A stretch of DNA of 64,000 nt from an uncultured virus (IMG/VR IMGVR_UViG_3300012665_001179) (IMGVR_UViG_3300012665_001179); one strand, 5' to 3'; numbered from the stretch's first letter, positions 36,119 through 47,171 are shown. A program made the numbers and translations. The notes: a model not told the origin generated them from the letters alone.

Positions 36119-39100
36119 TTAAAGAATTAATGCTTCTATTACACTTTCTTCTTCAGTTGTTTTTGTTTCTAATGCAATAGCGAAATGATTACGTGGATTA
36201 TGTCTACCAACACCTAAAGTATCACTTGTACCGATAGGGTGACCTTTTTTGATTGCGCCTTTCACACGTACAGGTACTCGACCTTTCAGTGCAACATAAA
36301 CACCGTCTTCTAAGCCTTCATTCATTCTAAATGCAGGCTTCAATGATATCACGCCGATAGCTCTAAAGTCAACAACAGAAGCAGCAGTAATTTCCTTTTC
36401 ACCACCTATGGCCATCACAGTGCCTTCCGGATAATCTGCATCAGGTAAATATTTTTCTGCTAAGTCAGCATATCGAGCTGATGTTGCAGTGCCATTAAAC
36501 AGCGTTGCCCAAACATCAGTAGATACAGCTATATCACCTAAAACTTTTAATGCTGCTGTACCCGAAGGATCAGTTTTACTTGTTGTTGTGCCACCATCCC
36601 TAATATAAACACTATTATAGAATGTTGATGTTCCGTCACCTATACTCGGAGTACCCAACACGGTGAAAGCTAAAGCACTATTTACATTACCACCAGAAAT
36701 ATTTGTTGCAGTTGTAGCATTAACTGCTGTTGTAGCAGTTGTTGCTGTTGCAGCAGTTAATGCTGAACCTGCACTACCTGTAATACTAAATCCAAATGAA
36801 CCAGTTGCCGGCATTCTAGCCGCAGGTATTGTACCTGACGTTAGATTAGTTGCATTTAGATTAGTTAAATCTGCACTAGGAACATCAACCCAACTAAATG
36901 CTGATCCAGTCCATTGTAAGTATCTGTTAGCTGTTGTAGGAGCATCGATGAATCCTGTTGTACCCACACCAGTCTGCACTAGAATCTGTCTATTTGTACC
37001 GCCGGCAACGGCAGGTGCGGTACTACCACCAAAGTCGGTGTAAGTAGAACCATCATTCGTGAACTGCCATCTTGCTGTAGGTTCATTCCAACGAATCTCA
37101 ACGTTAGGACTTACACCTCTATCTACAACAAGTGCTGCTCTGAATAATGGATCAGCAGATTGAATGATATCATAGTTCATCACAATTCTAGCACCAGATG
37201 CACCTGTTCTAACGCCTAATAAATCAAAAGCAATGTTAGCTCTTTGTGCATTGATACTAGCACCATCCATATTTAAGGTACCGGTCATTGTACCACCGGA
37301 AGTTAACAACGAATTGTTAGCTCTCAAGAAAGCAGCATTGGCATAAAGTGCTGCGGAGTTGGCAACTGCAAATCCAGCTAAAGCCGTATTGGTGGTTGTA
37401 TTTGCTAAAATGTAAGAAGCTGAACCTGTTCCTTGTGCGGCTTCTGCGGCAAGTTGAGCAGTTGTTGCTGATACGAATCCTGAATTTGCTTTCTCAAATG
37501 CACCATTAGCATAATTTGAAGCAGCACCAGCATTGATATCTGCGGTATTAGCCTTTACAAATGCACCGTTAGCATAGAAACCTGCACTATTCGCAACATG
37601 ATTTGGCGTATTAGCAACAATGAATGCCGCATTTGCATATAACGCAGCAGAATTTGCCACGTGAGTTGGTGTGTTTGCAACTATGAAGGCTGCATTAGCA
37701 TACAATGCAGCAGAATTGGAAACATGACTCGGAGTATTCGCTTGCAAGAATGCAGAGTTAGCATAACTAGAAGCACTGTTCGATACGTGACTAGGAGTAT
37801 TTGATTGTAAGAATGCTGCATTTGCGTAATGACTTGCAGTAATAGAAATCGTATGTACCGTATTAACAGCAGCAGGAGTTGCAACATCTGTGATACTTGT
37901 ATTAGTTACTTGTGATGATAATTGTCCAGCATCGAGTATTCTGTTTAATTGTGAATATGTATTACCTGTAGAAATCTTCCACTGATCTACAGATTCGTCC
38001 CAATTAATAATAGCATTATCACCTTGAGCTCTCTTATTAATAATCGAAGCATCAAGATTTGTAGTTGTATTTGCATTCAATAAGAAAGATTGAATCTCAA
38101 AGTTTACAGTTCCAGTTTGTGTGAATGCACCTGTTACGGTTAAATTGCCGGCAATAACTACGTTAGATAAATTAGTTTTACCTGCAACTTGCAATACAGT
38201 TGTTTCAGGAGAAGCACCAGCAGCAACTCTAACTAAACCACCAGTAGTAACATCTACTAATGAGGAAACGTTTACTGTACTCACATTTGCATTAGAAGCA
38301 AATATTCTTGTTATATTACCTGTATTGATTGTCGCTTGATTGGATTGTAATGTAACAATGTTTGCTGATTGTATTGTGCTTGTGTTACCAACGGCAACAT
38401 TAAAAGTTTGATTTTCTATTGCAGCTGTTGTAATACTACCAGTACCTAAACTAAAGTTACGAATATTACCAACGTTTGCATTTGTTATTAAAATATTTGC
38501 AGTATTGATTAATGATAGATTCGAAATTAAAGTTACAACATTACCTGTCTGGTCTACCGTCATGTTTGTGACGTTAGCTCGTGTTACTGTGGCATTTCCT
38601 AAGATTGCATTATTAATCGTAGATGTATTTGAAGATAATGTTACTATGTTTGCTGAAGAATTGACTGTTAATGAGCGAACGTTAGCAACATCAAAATAAC
38701 TATTACCTGTAGCTATAATATCAACCAAGAATGCATCATTGAATACCTGCAAGTTTAACATTGTGCCTAAACCAATAAGGTTCAGAACGTCAAAGGTTGC
38801 TTGCAATGCTCTTACGTTATCTGAAGCTACATTTGATGAATTAATTGTTGATGCAAAAACTGTATTAATATAAGCTGAACCAGAATTCGCATATAATACA
38901 TTTCCTTTTTCTGCAACCGTTCCAGGCAAACGAAGAATGCCTGAGGCTGTTACGTTGTTTGCTACTGTTATATGATTACTGAAAGCAGCGTTTGATGCCG
39001 AAATATTTCTAGTTACGACTAAATCTGTACCAACAGTAACACCATTAGCCACATTTAACGAAGTTGCACCTGAACCACCAATACTTACTGTACCACCAAT

Positions 39101-39376
39101 AATAGCATTACCTGTTGGAGTGCCTACAGTGCCTAAGTAAAAGTTATTTGCTAATGATAAGTTATTCTGAAAGAGAACACTATTGACAACTTCAAAAGGA
39201 GTTCCTGATGCAGTAATTCGTAATGACGCAGTATTTGATATAATCAAAGTACCTTGCGTTTTATCATATGATGAAAAACCAAGATCATTTAAATCAGAGG
39301 CAGATTTATTAGTCTGTATTCTCCATTCATCAATGGTATTAGTTCTTGTGATATTTTCGATTTGTGAAATTGGCAT
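36119..39376 (-). CDS. Tail fibre/appendage protein with C-terminal intramolecular chaperone (Peptidase_G2-like autocleavage) domain
   Basis: N-terminal NTIDEWRIQTN, beta-solenoid-like Asn/Val/Thr region, 21-aa ANTPSHVANSAALYANAAFIV repeats, and C-terminal ATSARYADLAEKY...GTVMAIGG..EIT...GVIS..PAFRMN...VALKGRVPVRVKG. Confidence 0.85.
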   Translation of the reverse strand: MPISQIENITRTNTIDEWRIQTNKSASDLNDLGFSSYDKTQGTLIISNTASLRITASGTPFEVVNSVLFQNNLSLANNFYLGTVGTPTGNAIIGGTVSIGGSGATSLNVANGVTVGTDLVVTRNISASNAAFSNHITVANNVTASGILRLPGTVAEKGNVLYANSGSAYINTVFASTINSSNVASDNVRALQATFDVLNLIGLGTMLNLQVFNDAFLVDIIATGNSYFDVANVRSLTVNSSANIVTLSSNTSTINNAILGNATVTRANVTNMTVDQTGNVVTLISNLSLINTANILITNANVGNIRNFSLGTGSITTAAIENQTFNVAVGNTSTIQSANIVTLQSNQATINTGNITRIFASNANVSTVNVSSLVDVTTGGLVRVAAGASPETTVLQVAGKTNLSNVVIAGNLTVTGAFTQTGTVNFEIQSFLLNANTTTNLDASIINKRAQGDNAIINWDESVDQWKISTGNTYSQLNRILDAGQLSSQVTNTSITDVATPAAVNTVHTISITASHYANAAFLQSNTPSHVSNSASSYANSAFLQANTPSHVSNSAALYANAAFIVANTPTHVANSAALYANAAFIVANTPNHVANSAGFYANGAFVKANTADINAGAASNYANGAFEKANSGFVSATTAQLAAEAAQGTGSASYILANTTTNTALAGFAVANSAALYANAAFLRANNSLLTSGGTMTGTLNMDGASINAQRANIAFDLLGVRTGASGARIVMNYDIIQSADPLFRAALVVDRGVSPNVEIRWNEPTARWQFTNDGSTYTDFGGSTAPAVAGGTNRQILVQTGVGTTGFIDAPTTANRYLQWTGSAFSWVDVPSADLTNLNATNLTSGTIPAARMPATGSFGFSITGSAGSALTAATATTATTAVNATTATNISGGNVNSALAFTVLGTPSIGDGTSTFYNSVYIRDGGTTTSKTDPSGTAALKVLGDIAVSTDVWATLFNGTATSARYADLAEKYLPDADYPEGTVMAIGGEKEITAASVVDFRAIGVISLKPAFRMNEGLEDGVYVALKGRVPVRVKGAIKKGHPIGTSDTLGVGRHNPRNHFAIALETKTTEEESVIEALIL
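37555..37830 (-). repeat. About four tandem 63-bp (21-aa) coding repeats
   Basis: SNTPSHVSNSASSYANSAFLQ / ANTPSHVSNSAALYANAAFIV / ANTPTHVANSAALYANAAFIV / ANTPNHVANSAGFYANGAFVK. Confidence 0.85.
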
Positions 39377-39385
39377 CTTAAACCT

Positions 39386-39616
39386 TTAATTGTTCTTTTC
39401 TAAGAGAATCTGTAACATTTTTTTTATTTCGGACATGTCTTCAGTTAAGTTATTAACTTGAGATTTCAGAGTATTTATCTCTTCATTTTTACCAGATATT
39501 CTCTCACCTAATTTTTTTCTAGCTTCGTTCTCGGCCAAAACCGCACGGTTAGTAGCTAACAGTGCGGTTGTCTTGGTGTCTTTAACGAAGTGTGTACCCT
39601 CTACTTTAACTCTCAT
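39386..39616 (-). CDS. Small conserved coiled-coil protein
   Basis: MRVKVEGTHFVKD..T.ALL.TN followed by a coiled coil (EINTLKSQVNNL..DMSEIKKML); ATG at 39616 lies 1 nt after the upstream stop. Confidence 0.75.
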   Translation of the reverse strand: MRVKVEGTHFVKDTKTTALLATNRAVLAENEARKKLGERISGKNEEINTLKSQVNNLTEDMSEIKKMLQILLEKNN

Positions 39617-39617
39617 A

Positions 39618-42600
39618 TTAACCTGCCGGTAAAGCAATGATCCTCAAATCTTTAACTCTTGGAATAACTGAAGGATCGATAGATGTCATAACAATTTTAA
39701 TTGAGAATGTTTTAAAGTTGTCATAAACAATTCCATTATCGGCCGTGTAAGTTATTGTATCTTCAGTTAAAGACGGTCTGTATTCATATTCTATAAATTC
39801 ATTTTCTTTAGTTGTAGCAAAGTTTGTTGGATTGAAACATTCTAATTTCTGATAACCTCTATCTTTAAACGGAGTGCTATCAGATGAAGATAGAATTTTA
39901 GCGAAAACAGTAACTTCTGTACCAGTTGGTTTATTTGCTGATAAGAATATTCTTATATCGCCAGCATCAAAACCATCAGCAAGAGTAATTGGTTTTGTAA
40001 TGTATCTTGCTAAACATGGACCACCAGAACTATCATATTCACTATTCAATACAATAGAAGCATTTGAAGCTGTTACTGGAACTGAAATACTAAAGTCGTC
40101 CAAATAACCTGTACCTGTTGCTGCAACATTCAAACTTAAAACATTACCACTAGGATCAACATTCAAATAAACTAACGCACCTGAACCTGTAGTCGATGAT
40201 ATTGTAACAGTATTTGAATTTGCATAACCAGAACCTGGTGATATAATATTAAAATCTTCTTCATTAATTTCAGCATTATCAATGAAGTTTTCCCATGCAT
40301 TTAAGTGCATAGCTTCCAAAGATACCATCGGTGAAACGGCAGGATCACTGGTAGAAATTTGATATTTAACCATGAAATCGCCAGAATTCTGAATTTCTTT
40401 TCTTCTAAATCCAACAGCATATTTTGTATCGTCACTCATATAATAAGTGACTCTAGGTTCGATTGCTCTATATACTGTTTCTTTAGCTGAATCTACGGGT
40501 TTAGAAATGAATGAATAACTTGTAGAGAAGGCTTCATTCGAGAGTAGGGATATTCCCTTATCAAGCAGTCTAAACTTATCTATGTTATATTTTCGATCAA
40601 AATTCGGAGTTCTTAATACGAAGTTTGCTGGATCGGTTGTAAATACACATCTATTCAAAACAAACATTAAATCTTCATTAATGTATGGAACATATTCCAT
40701 AGAGTTTTGAGATTTGTACAATGTACCCACATATGGGTTAATTGAAACATACTGACCACCTGTGGTTGTTTGTCCTTTTTCTGCTGTCCATACTATGTAA
40801 TCAGGACTATCACACAATACAACTAGTGCATACAGACCAGGTTTTAAGAAAACAGGAGAAGGGAAAGTAAATTGAGTTGATGTTGATAAATCATCCGCAT
40901 CAGGAGCTGAAGTAACAGTAACATCATTAGGATTTTTAACAACAACAGATTCAGGATACCAGAAATCTGAAGAAGGTAATCCATTAACTGTAGGTCGAAT
41001 TTGTACCGATACAGGCAAATCATCATCTTTAGAACTGAAGAATACATTAACACTAGACATTGTTAATCCATTTGGATATACCGAAGGATCAACAAAGAAT
41101 GTTTGAGCTAATGGGTCAACTCTCCATGTGCTTGTAATTCTACTATCAGAAGCCGTAGATTGTAGAATTGCTGATGTAGCTGTACCTACAACTTTAACAC
41201 CAACATCTATATTATAAACAGTATCCATTAATGTAGTTTTATTAACAGTTACACCTGAAGACACAAAAGTTTTTTCAGTGAAAGAAATAGAATCTAAATC
41301 ATACGTGTTGTTAAATGATTCTGTTAAACGTAGTTTTCTTTCACCTGTACGGAATGTTGCAGCTGGTGGGTAGAATACACCAGCAATATCTCCGTGTTTA
41401 TTTGTTATGTTTGTACCTATAGAATATATCCAACTACTTGAAGCCGCATCTGTGGTACTGAGTGTACCTGAGATATTAGCAACTTTAGTTGTTGTATTAT
41501 AGTTCGTAATTGTATATGAAGAACCTCTACCCGCTTCAGTCGAAGCTTCATGTATGAAGTATATTGTGTTACCAGCAATATTAACAGAAGGAGCATCTGA
41601 AGCTAAAGTAATAGTATTTGATGTTAATGCTCGTGTTATACCAGACTTATGTTCAACTAAAGTAGCTATGTAAGCTTCTTTTAATGATGTCAATCCTTTC
41701 AAGTATTTACCGGTTAATGCCAGTCCAGTTTCATTAACAATCGAAACAGTATTTGTTCCTGGTATAGAATTAACCACACGAACTAAATTGAAAGCTGTTC
41801 CACCAGCTAACCAACTATTCAACTGAGTGGCTAATTCACCTGTATTATTCGCTAAGAGTGCAACTTCACCATCAGAGAATTCGGTGTTTGCACCCAAATA
41901 TACTTTATTAGGAATAACGATAAAGTTATCTACAGAAACACCATCAAAGAATGAATAGAATCTTGTGAATGGTCGAAGAGCATTTGATATGAATGTAATA
42001 GCTCTAGGCTTCAAGTATGGGTTGATCGAAACGTCAGTGACAAAATCACCAATTTTAGTTTGACTTGTTGAAACGCCAAATTGTTCTTGACTTAAAGTCG
42101 CACCTTTTGAAATGTAAACTCTATCAGTAGTGATTTGTTGATTACCAAAAACATTACCACCAAGACCTACGGTTTGATTAGTAACAGTAGATACGGTTTC
42201 AAACCATTTAGAATCTACAACCTTTGCAAAAGGATTGTTAGCATCATTTACCCATGTAGGATTTGCATCACTTATAAATTGAAATGCCTCATTAACGAAA
42301 TTAAATGCATTTTCTAATCCTTGAACAGAATTCAATGTAACTCTTGCTGTTTTATCGATGTCACTTTCCATGGTAAATTCTGGGAAAAGTTTCATCTTGC
42401 CGTTAAAGTTACCATAGATGGCACCAGCAACAGGAACAGTTTTAGTAGCATAAGGTTGTTTAACCATTTCGGTTGTTGAGTATGCTAACATTAATGTTTT
42501 CTTATCGGCTACACCAACAGCAGCATAGTTACCAGAAGAAGCACTCTCATCGAAATCTAATTTAAATGTACGCATTAACGATGCCGGTTTTAATTCACCA

Positions 42601-45600
42601 TTTTCGACTAAGCAACGATTATCAAAACTAACATCACTGTAAGTTGCTTGTACGTCAGTTGATGTGAAGTTGTCAACTAGAATACCATATTTCGATCTTT
42701 CTAAACCATTGGCATCTAGGACTTTAGAATCGTTTGCGTTTTTCTCAAGTGCGTTCAGAGCAACATAATATTCCAAACCTTTAATACGATTTTCAAATGC
42801 ACCAATATCACTCATAGTGAATCTACGGTTATTTTGGAAATCTGCACGAATTAATTTTACATCATCAGTATATGGTGGGATATACAGTGTGTATATCAAC
42901 ATATCATCACCAGATACGGTAGGTTGTACAGGTTTAACACCTGGTTGACCTTGTATTACACCTATTTCTTTTGAAGGTTTAACAACGATTTGATCGATAC
43001 GTGATAGATAATGTTCGAAAGATAATTCAGCAACTTCATCAGGATCAGCATTAACACCATTTGCAATTGTTGTTCCTGCAATAGCTCTTGTAGGTCTAAA
43101 ATCTAAAAATCCTCGTGCTGAAATTAATCGATTACCCTCTTTGTCATTAAACAATGGTATGTCAGCATAATCACCTGGATATGAATCTACAGTAAACAAC
43201 CCACTATTTTGTGGTGATAAACCATGCGAATAGTATTTGTATTGCACCAACAAAGTTGATCCAATAGGTGAACTATAACCACGTTTTAATCGTATTGTAG
43301 CATGATCGTAATGTGTTCTTCTTTGGCCATTATCAAATTCATAATGCGAAGTGACATCATGGTCATCATTCGTCAACATTGCAGTTGTAACATTTGTAGT
43401 ATTAGTACGTGAGTCGGTAATTCTAACGATTTCAAAAATATCAGGTACTTGTAAACTTACTGCTTTACCTGGCGTTTTCAAATCTGCCATTGCACTAGTT
43501 GTGTCGAAGAATGTGGCACCAACAGTGTCGAAAACATAACCTCCAGTAAATGTCGTTACTGTTCCTGTATTCGATGATGTTAATCTTTCTAAGTCTGTAC
43601 CAGCAGGTTTTAAGTTATAAGGAACTTTAGCATGCAAATTTTCAGCCGCAGTTAATGACGGTCTTAATGTTTTAGAACGAATAGCTCCAGTTGCACCAGC
43701 TTCTGCATTGTTAACTTTAGTCTTAATTAAAAAATCAACATAAGTTGCAGGAACTCTAATATCAAACGTCAACGAACCATCGCCAGCAGCGGTAACGGTA
43801 AAGTTTGAATTTGCTAAACTTAAAATTGTATTTGGGTAAATACCAAATTGAGCATTTGCATTTGTTTCGGGACGAACAAAACAAATAATGTTATTCAATA
43901 TTGTTGTTTGTCCTAAAACTCCTGCTGATCCAGCAAATGCAAAAGTATCTGTACCATTAGGTGCAAAAGAGATTGTTCCACCTAAATTAGAAACTTTATT
44001 TGAATATAATTTTGTGGCATAGAAATCGAAATTATCGATAGTGCCTTGTTTGATAGCTTCAAATGGCAAATCAAATACAGCATTCTCTCTACTCTTTTCA
44101 GCGATTAAAGAGAAACCATTTGTATCTTTTGATGAACTATCAACGTTTGCTGAGAATGTTAATGATGTACCACTCTTAACTGAAAAACCTTCTGCTCTGT
44201 AAAAGTCAGCATCAATAGAGAAAGCATTTGATGCAGGAATAAAAGGTAATGCAGATTGCAATGTAATTGTCAAATTAGCATTGTTAGAAGATTCAATCAG
44301 AATAGGTGCAACTGCAAGACCAGCACCATCAGTGATTCTAAAGTACATATTTGCATATGCGTTAATACCACCATTAGCAGTAAATGAAGTTGGCAACTTA
44401 ACTACAGTATTTGTAGATGCTGATGCCGCAGTAGTACCTATAATTGAAGATGTGTTGACTTGAAACACATGCATTCTGTGAATATGAGTTCGTCCATCAG
44501 CTCTAGATGTTGCATCATCATATTTTAACATGTTAGCACGTAATGTTCCTATCTTAGTAGAATCATATTTTGCTGTAGATGATGTGTCAATCTTTTCAGC
44601 CGAAACGCAATGTATATCTAATTGTGGGAAAGAAGTAATATCTAAAGTTTTAGAGACGTTCTTAACAAAAACATAACTACCATATGAAGTAGGTACATCA
44701 TAATCAGAAACGTTAGATGTATCTCTCGCTCTCGGAATACCTAGTACTGTCGGTGCAATTGTTTGAAATTCATAACCACCAACATATGCTTTACCTGGAT
44801 CGAGAATAGCGGAAAAATAATCAGCATTAACAACATTGTTATTTGCTGGGTCTTGCCAATCTTCTTGCATTGATAGAACGAAAGGATCAACGGTATAGTT
44901 ACCAGATTCTTCAAATGTTCTACGAGCTAATGTTTTTTCCAATTCACTGTAAATTGGATAATCAATTTCTTTAGTTTTTACACCGTTAACTAAACGAATA
45001 ACTTCAAAGAATGAAGATTCGTCAGCAGAATCTAATGTTCTTTTTGATAAACGAGTATCTACTTTAAATCTAGTGGCACCTGGTGCTTGATAGTTAAATG
45101 AGCCTTGTGCAGGATCTAATAGAGAAGCATCATCAACTTCATCGATCACCAACTCATCAAATTCAATACCAATTTTGTATGATGGCTGTTTGTTGATAAC
45201 GGTAGAGTTATTACCTACACGATAGAATGGTTCTAATACTAAGAATTCAGGAACAACCTTAACAAATTGTCCTTTGAAGAAATAAACACCTTCTTGAATG
45301 CTAGCAACATAAGAACGTCCAACAGCGTTACTAGCTCTAACTTGAGCAAATAAATTTTGACCTACAACTTTTATCTCATCAGTCTCAGCAAATCTATCAC
45401 CACTCAAATACTTAACAATCATCACAGGTGTTGTATTGGTATTGTTATCAATAGCAATAACTTTAGCACGAACATTTTTAGTTGAGTTATAACTGACAAC
45501 AGTTGTGTTCAGGAACAAGTCTAAAGAAATATCTGCACCTGAATATTGAGTTTCTAAAATAACATAGTTAGCTCTATCATCAAGAGAAATTTTACCACCA

Positions 45601-45785
45601 GTAATGGGACTACCGTTCTGAAAGATATGTTTACCAAACTTTTCAATCTGACTTGATAAAATGGTTTGTAATTGTGTTAGTTCTCTTGCTTGTAATGCAT
45701 AACCCGGTCTAAACAATAGACGCATGAAGTTTTTATCTTCATCAAAATCATCGTTATATGGGTCAAAATTGAAAAGTTTTGTCAT
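39618..45785 (-). CDS. Large virion structural protein (DUF4815/VrlC-like)
   Basis: 2055 aa; N-terminal FN.DPYNDDFDE.KNF..LLFRPGYALQARELTQLQTIL, NYQAPGATR, LARRTFEESGNYTV, DPLAQTFFV and terminal PRVKDLRIIAL motifs. Confidence 0.88.
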   Translation of the reverse strand: MTKLFNFDPYNDDFDEDKNFMRLLFRPGYALQARELTQLQTILSSQIEKFGKHIFQNGSPITGGKISLDDRANYVILETQYSGADISLDLFLNTTVVSYNSTKNVRAKVIAIDNNTNTTPVMIVKYLSGDRFAETDEIKVVGQNLFAQVRASNAVGRSYVASIQEGVYFFKGQFVKVVPEFLVLEPFYRVGNNSTVINKQPSYKIGIEFDELVIDEVDDASLLDPAQGSFNYQAPGATRFKVDTRLSKRTLDSADESSFFEVIRLVNGVKTKEIDYPIYSELEKTLARRTFEESGNYTVDPFVLSMQEDWQDPANNNVVNADYFSAILDPGKAYVGGYEFQTIAPTVLGIPRARDTSNVSDYDVPTSYGSYVFVKNVSKTLDITSFPQLDIHCVSAEKIDTSSTAKYDSTKIGTLRANMLKYDDATSRADGRTHIHRMHVFQVNTSSIIGTTAASASTNTVVKLPTSFTANGGINAYANMYFRITDGAGLAVAPILIESSNNANLTITLQSALPFIPASNAFSIDADFYRAEGFSVKSGTSLTFSANVDSSSKDTNGFSLIAEKSRENAVFDLPFEAIKQGTIDNFDFYATKLYSNKVSNLGGTISFAPNGTDTFAFAGSAGVLGQTTILNNIICFVRPETNANAQFGIYPNTILSLANSNFTVTAAGDGSLTFDIRVPATYVDFLIKTKVNNAEAGATGAIRSKTLRPSLTAAENLHAKVPYNLKPAGTDLERLTSSNTGTVTTFTGGYVFDTVGATFFDTTSAMADLKTPGKAVSLQVPDIFEIVRITDSRTNTTNVTTAMLTNDDHDVTSHYEFDNGQRRTHYDHATIRLKRGYSSPIGSTLLVQYKYYSHGLSPQNSGLFTVDSYPGDYADIPLFNDKEGNRLISARGFLDFRPTRAIAGTTIANGVNADPDEVAELSFEHYLSRIDQIVVKPSKEIGVIQGQPGVKPVQPTVSGDDMLIYTLYIPPYTDDVKLIRADFQNNRRFTMSDIGAFENRIKGLEYYVALNALEKNANDSKVLDANGLERSKYGILVDNFTSTDVQATYSDVSFDNRCLVENGELKPASLMRTFKLDFDESASSGNYAAVGVADKKTLMLAYSTTEMVKQPYATKTVPVAGAIYGNFNGKMKLFPEFTMESDIDKTARVTLNSVQGLENAFNFVNEAFQFISDANPTWVNDANNPFAKVVDSKWFETVSTVTNQTVGLGGNVFGNQQITTDRVYISKGATLSQEQFGVSTSQTKIGDFVTDVSINPYLKPRAITFISNALRPFTRFYSFFDGVSVDNFIVIPNKVYLGANTEFSDGEVALLANNTGELATQLNSWLAGGTAFNLVRVVNSIPGTNTVSIVNETGLALTGKYLKGLTSLKEAYIATLVEHKSGITRALTSNTITLASDAPSVNIAGNTIYFIHEASTEAGRGSSYTITNYNTTTKVANISGTLSTTDAASSSWIYSIGTNITNKHGDIAGVFYPPAATFRTGERKLRLTESFNNTYDLDSISFTEKTFVSSGVTVNKTTLMDTVYNIDVGVKVVGTATSAILQSTASDSRITSTWRVDPLAQTFFVDPSVYPNGLTMSSVNVFFSSKDDDLPVSVQIRPTVNGLPSSDFWYPESVVVKNPNDVTVTSAPDADDLSTSTQFTFPSPVFLKPGLYALVVLCDSPDYIVWTAEKGQTTTGGQYVSINPYVGTLYKSQNSMEYVPYINEDLMFVLNRCVFTTDPANFVLRTPNFDRKYNIDKFRLLDKGISLLSNEAFSTSYSFISKPVDSAKETVYRAIEPRVTYYMSDDTKYAVGFRRKEIQNSGDFMVKYQISTSDPAVSPMVSLEAMHLNAWENFIDNAEINEEDFNIISPGSGYANSNTVTISSTTGSGALVYLNVDPSGNVLSLNVAATGTGYLDDFSISVPVTASNASIVLNSEYDSSGGPCLARYITKPITLADGFDAGDIRIFLSANKPTGTEVTVFAKILSSSDSTPFKDRGYQKLECFNPTNFATTKENEFIEYEYRPSLTEDTITYTADNGIVYDNFKTFSIKIVMTSIDPSVIPRVKDLRIIALPAG

Positions 45786-45798
45786 TTATTCCTCGTTA

Positions 45799-47139
45799 CT
45801 AAAAACTTAGTATGAATTTTATTCTATCTTTTTGGTTTTCACTTCTAGAAATCGGTATTATCTCCGAAACATGCAATATATCACCTGTATATAATGCTAA
45901 TGTTGGAGCTGTTCTTGCTAAAGAAATTCTAATCGCACCACTCAGATTACCTTTAAGTGGTATGTTGTTGTTATATGTGCCTCTTATATCATTTAGATAT
46001 AATTGATTTGCAGCTTCATCAAATGAAATTACAGTTCCTCTGAAAGTTGCTTCATCAAAAGAATCACCTTGAAAAACATATTCATCATCATTATAATCAC
46101 CAATACCTGGTGAAACATCTATCTTTGTATATAACGTATATAAATTTGAATCGGCGAGTTCTAATGTTCCAGCTTTATAAGGATTCTTAATTATATAAAT
46201 TAAACGAAAATCATTTTCTACTGGATAAACTCCAGATTCAGATCCATCAAAATCAACATTGAACATGATGGTGTTTGCATACAATTCTTGTACTGGATTA
46301 TATCCGTGACCGTTTTGTGGTGATAATACTACACTAGCTGCAGCATTTGAACCTATGCCACCGGCAACATCGGTAAATATTAAATTTGCCTTAGTATAAC
46401 CTAATCCTCGGTCTTGTATAATTATCTCCGTAACTCGGCCGTTGATTACATTTGCTCTTAAAGCAGCACCGCCACCATCACCATCGATAGTTATAATTGA
46501 CTGTAAAGAGCCGTCAACGTAGTTATTACCAGCATTTGTAATTCTCACTATATCTATGCTCCTATTAATAGCAGCATTTCTGACGAATCTATTGTATGTA
46601 ACAGGCATCCAACGTTCGGTTAAGTATTTTTCTTGTTGCGATGTAGTTAATGTGTATAGGTATTTCCATTTATAACCATCACCAGTAACAAAGTAAGGTT
46701 CTTCTAATGATGTGGTAGATAATGAAATCTCGGGTTCATAAGTAGAATTTCTACCACCATTGTTATCTAAACATTTAAAAACTTGTCGTTTAGAATTCAA
46801 TACATAAAAATTGGTATTAATGGGACAAATGGTACAACCATATTGTGCATATGCTGTATTGGAAGTCCAGTCAATTCTAGGAATAACAAAACTTACATCG
46901 TTTAATGTCATTCGTTTGGCGACAATACCTTCATCATAGTATTCAATTAAATCTCTTGTCGATTGACCTGGTGTTGGTTCAATTTCTTGTCCATCATTCC
47001 ATGGCAATTCTCTACCCACAGCACAATAGAGGTATGATTTTCTATCATCCGGAAGATAATCGTTAGCACTAACATCCATAAGATTATAGAATTGTTGTGC
47101 GATTTCAGTTGAAAAATTTGTGGTTATTATAGTTGACAT
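45799..47139 (-). CDS. gp8: Baseplate wedge subunit (T4 gp8 family)
   Basis: VIPRIDWTSNT.Y, FYVLNS..QVFKCLDN, DGYKWKYLYTL and SPQNGHG.NPVQEL motifs. Confidence 0.9.
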   Translation of the reverse strand: MSTIITTNFSTEIAQQFYNLMDVSANDYLPDDRKSYLYCAVGRELPWNDGQEIEPTPGQSTRDLIEYYDEGIVAKRMTLNDVSFVIPRIDWTSNTAYAQYGCTICPINTNFYVLNSKRQVFKCLDNNGGRNSTYEPEISLSTTSLEEPYFVTGDGYKWKYLYTLTTSQQEKYLTERWMPVTYNRFVRNAAINRSIDIVRITNAGNNYVDGSLQSIITIDGDGGGAALRANVINGRVTEIIIQDRGLGYTKANLIFTDVAGGIGSNAAASVVLSPQNGHGYNPVQELYANTIMFNVDFDGSESGVYPVENDFRLIYIIKNPYKAGTLELADSNLYTLYTKIDVSPGIGDYNDDEYVFQGDSFDEATFRGTVISFDEAANQLYLNDIRGTYNNNIPLKGNLSGAIRISLARTAPTLALYTGDILHVSEIIPISRSENQKDRIKFILSF

Positions 47140-47144
47140 AGTTC

Positions 47145-47152
47145 TATTTATT
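47145..47152 (-). promoter_or_regulatory. Late-promoter-like AATAAATA upstream of gp8
   Basis: Plus-strand tatttatt in the gp7-gp8 gap; very close to the ATG. Confidence 0.4.
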
Positions 47153-47171
47153 TAATTTTTTCAAAGGTATT

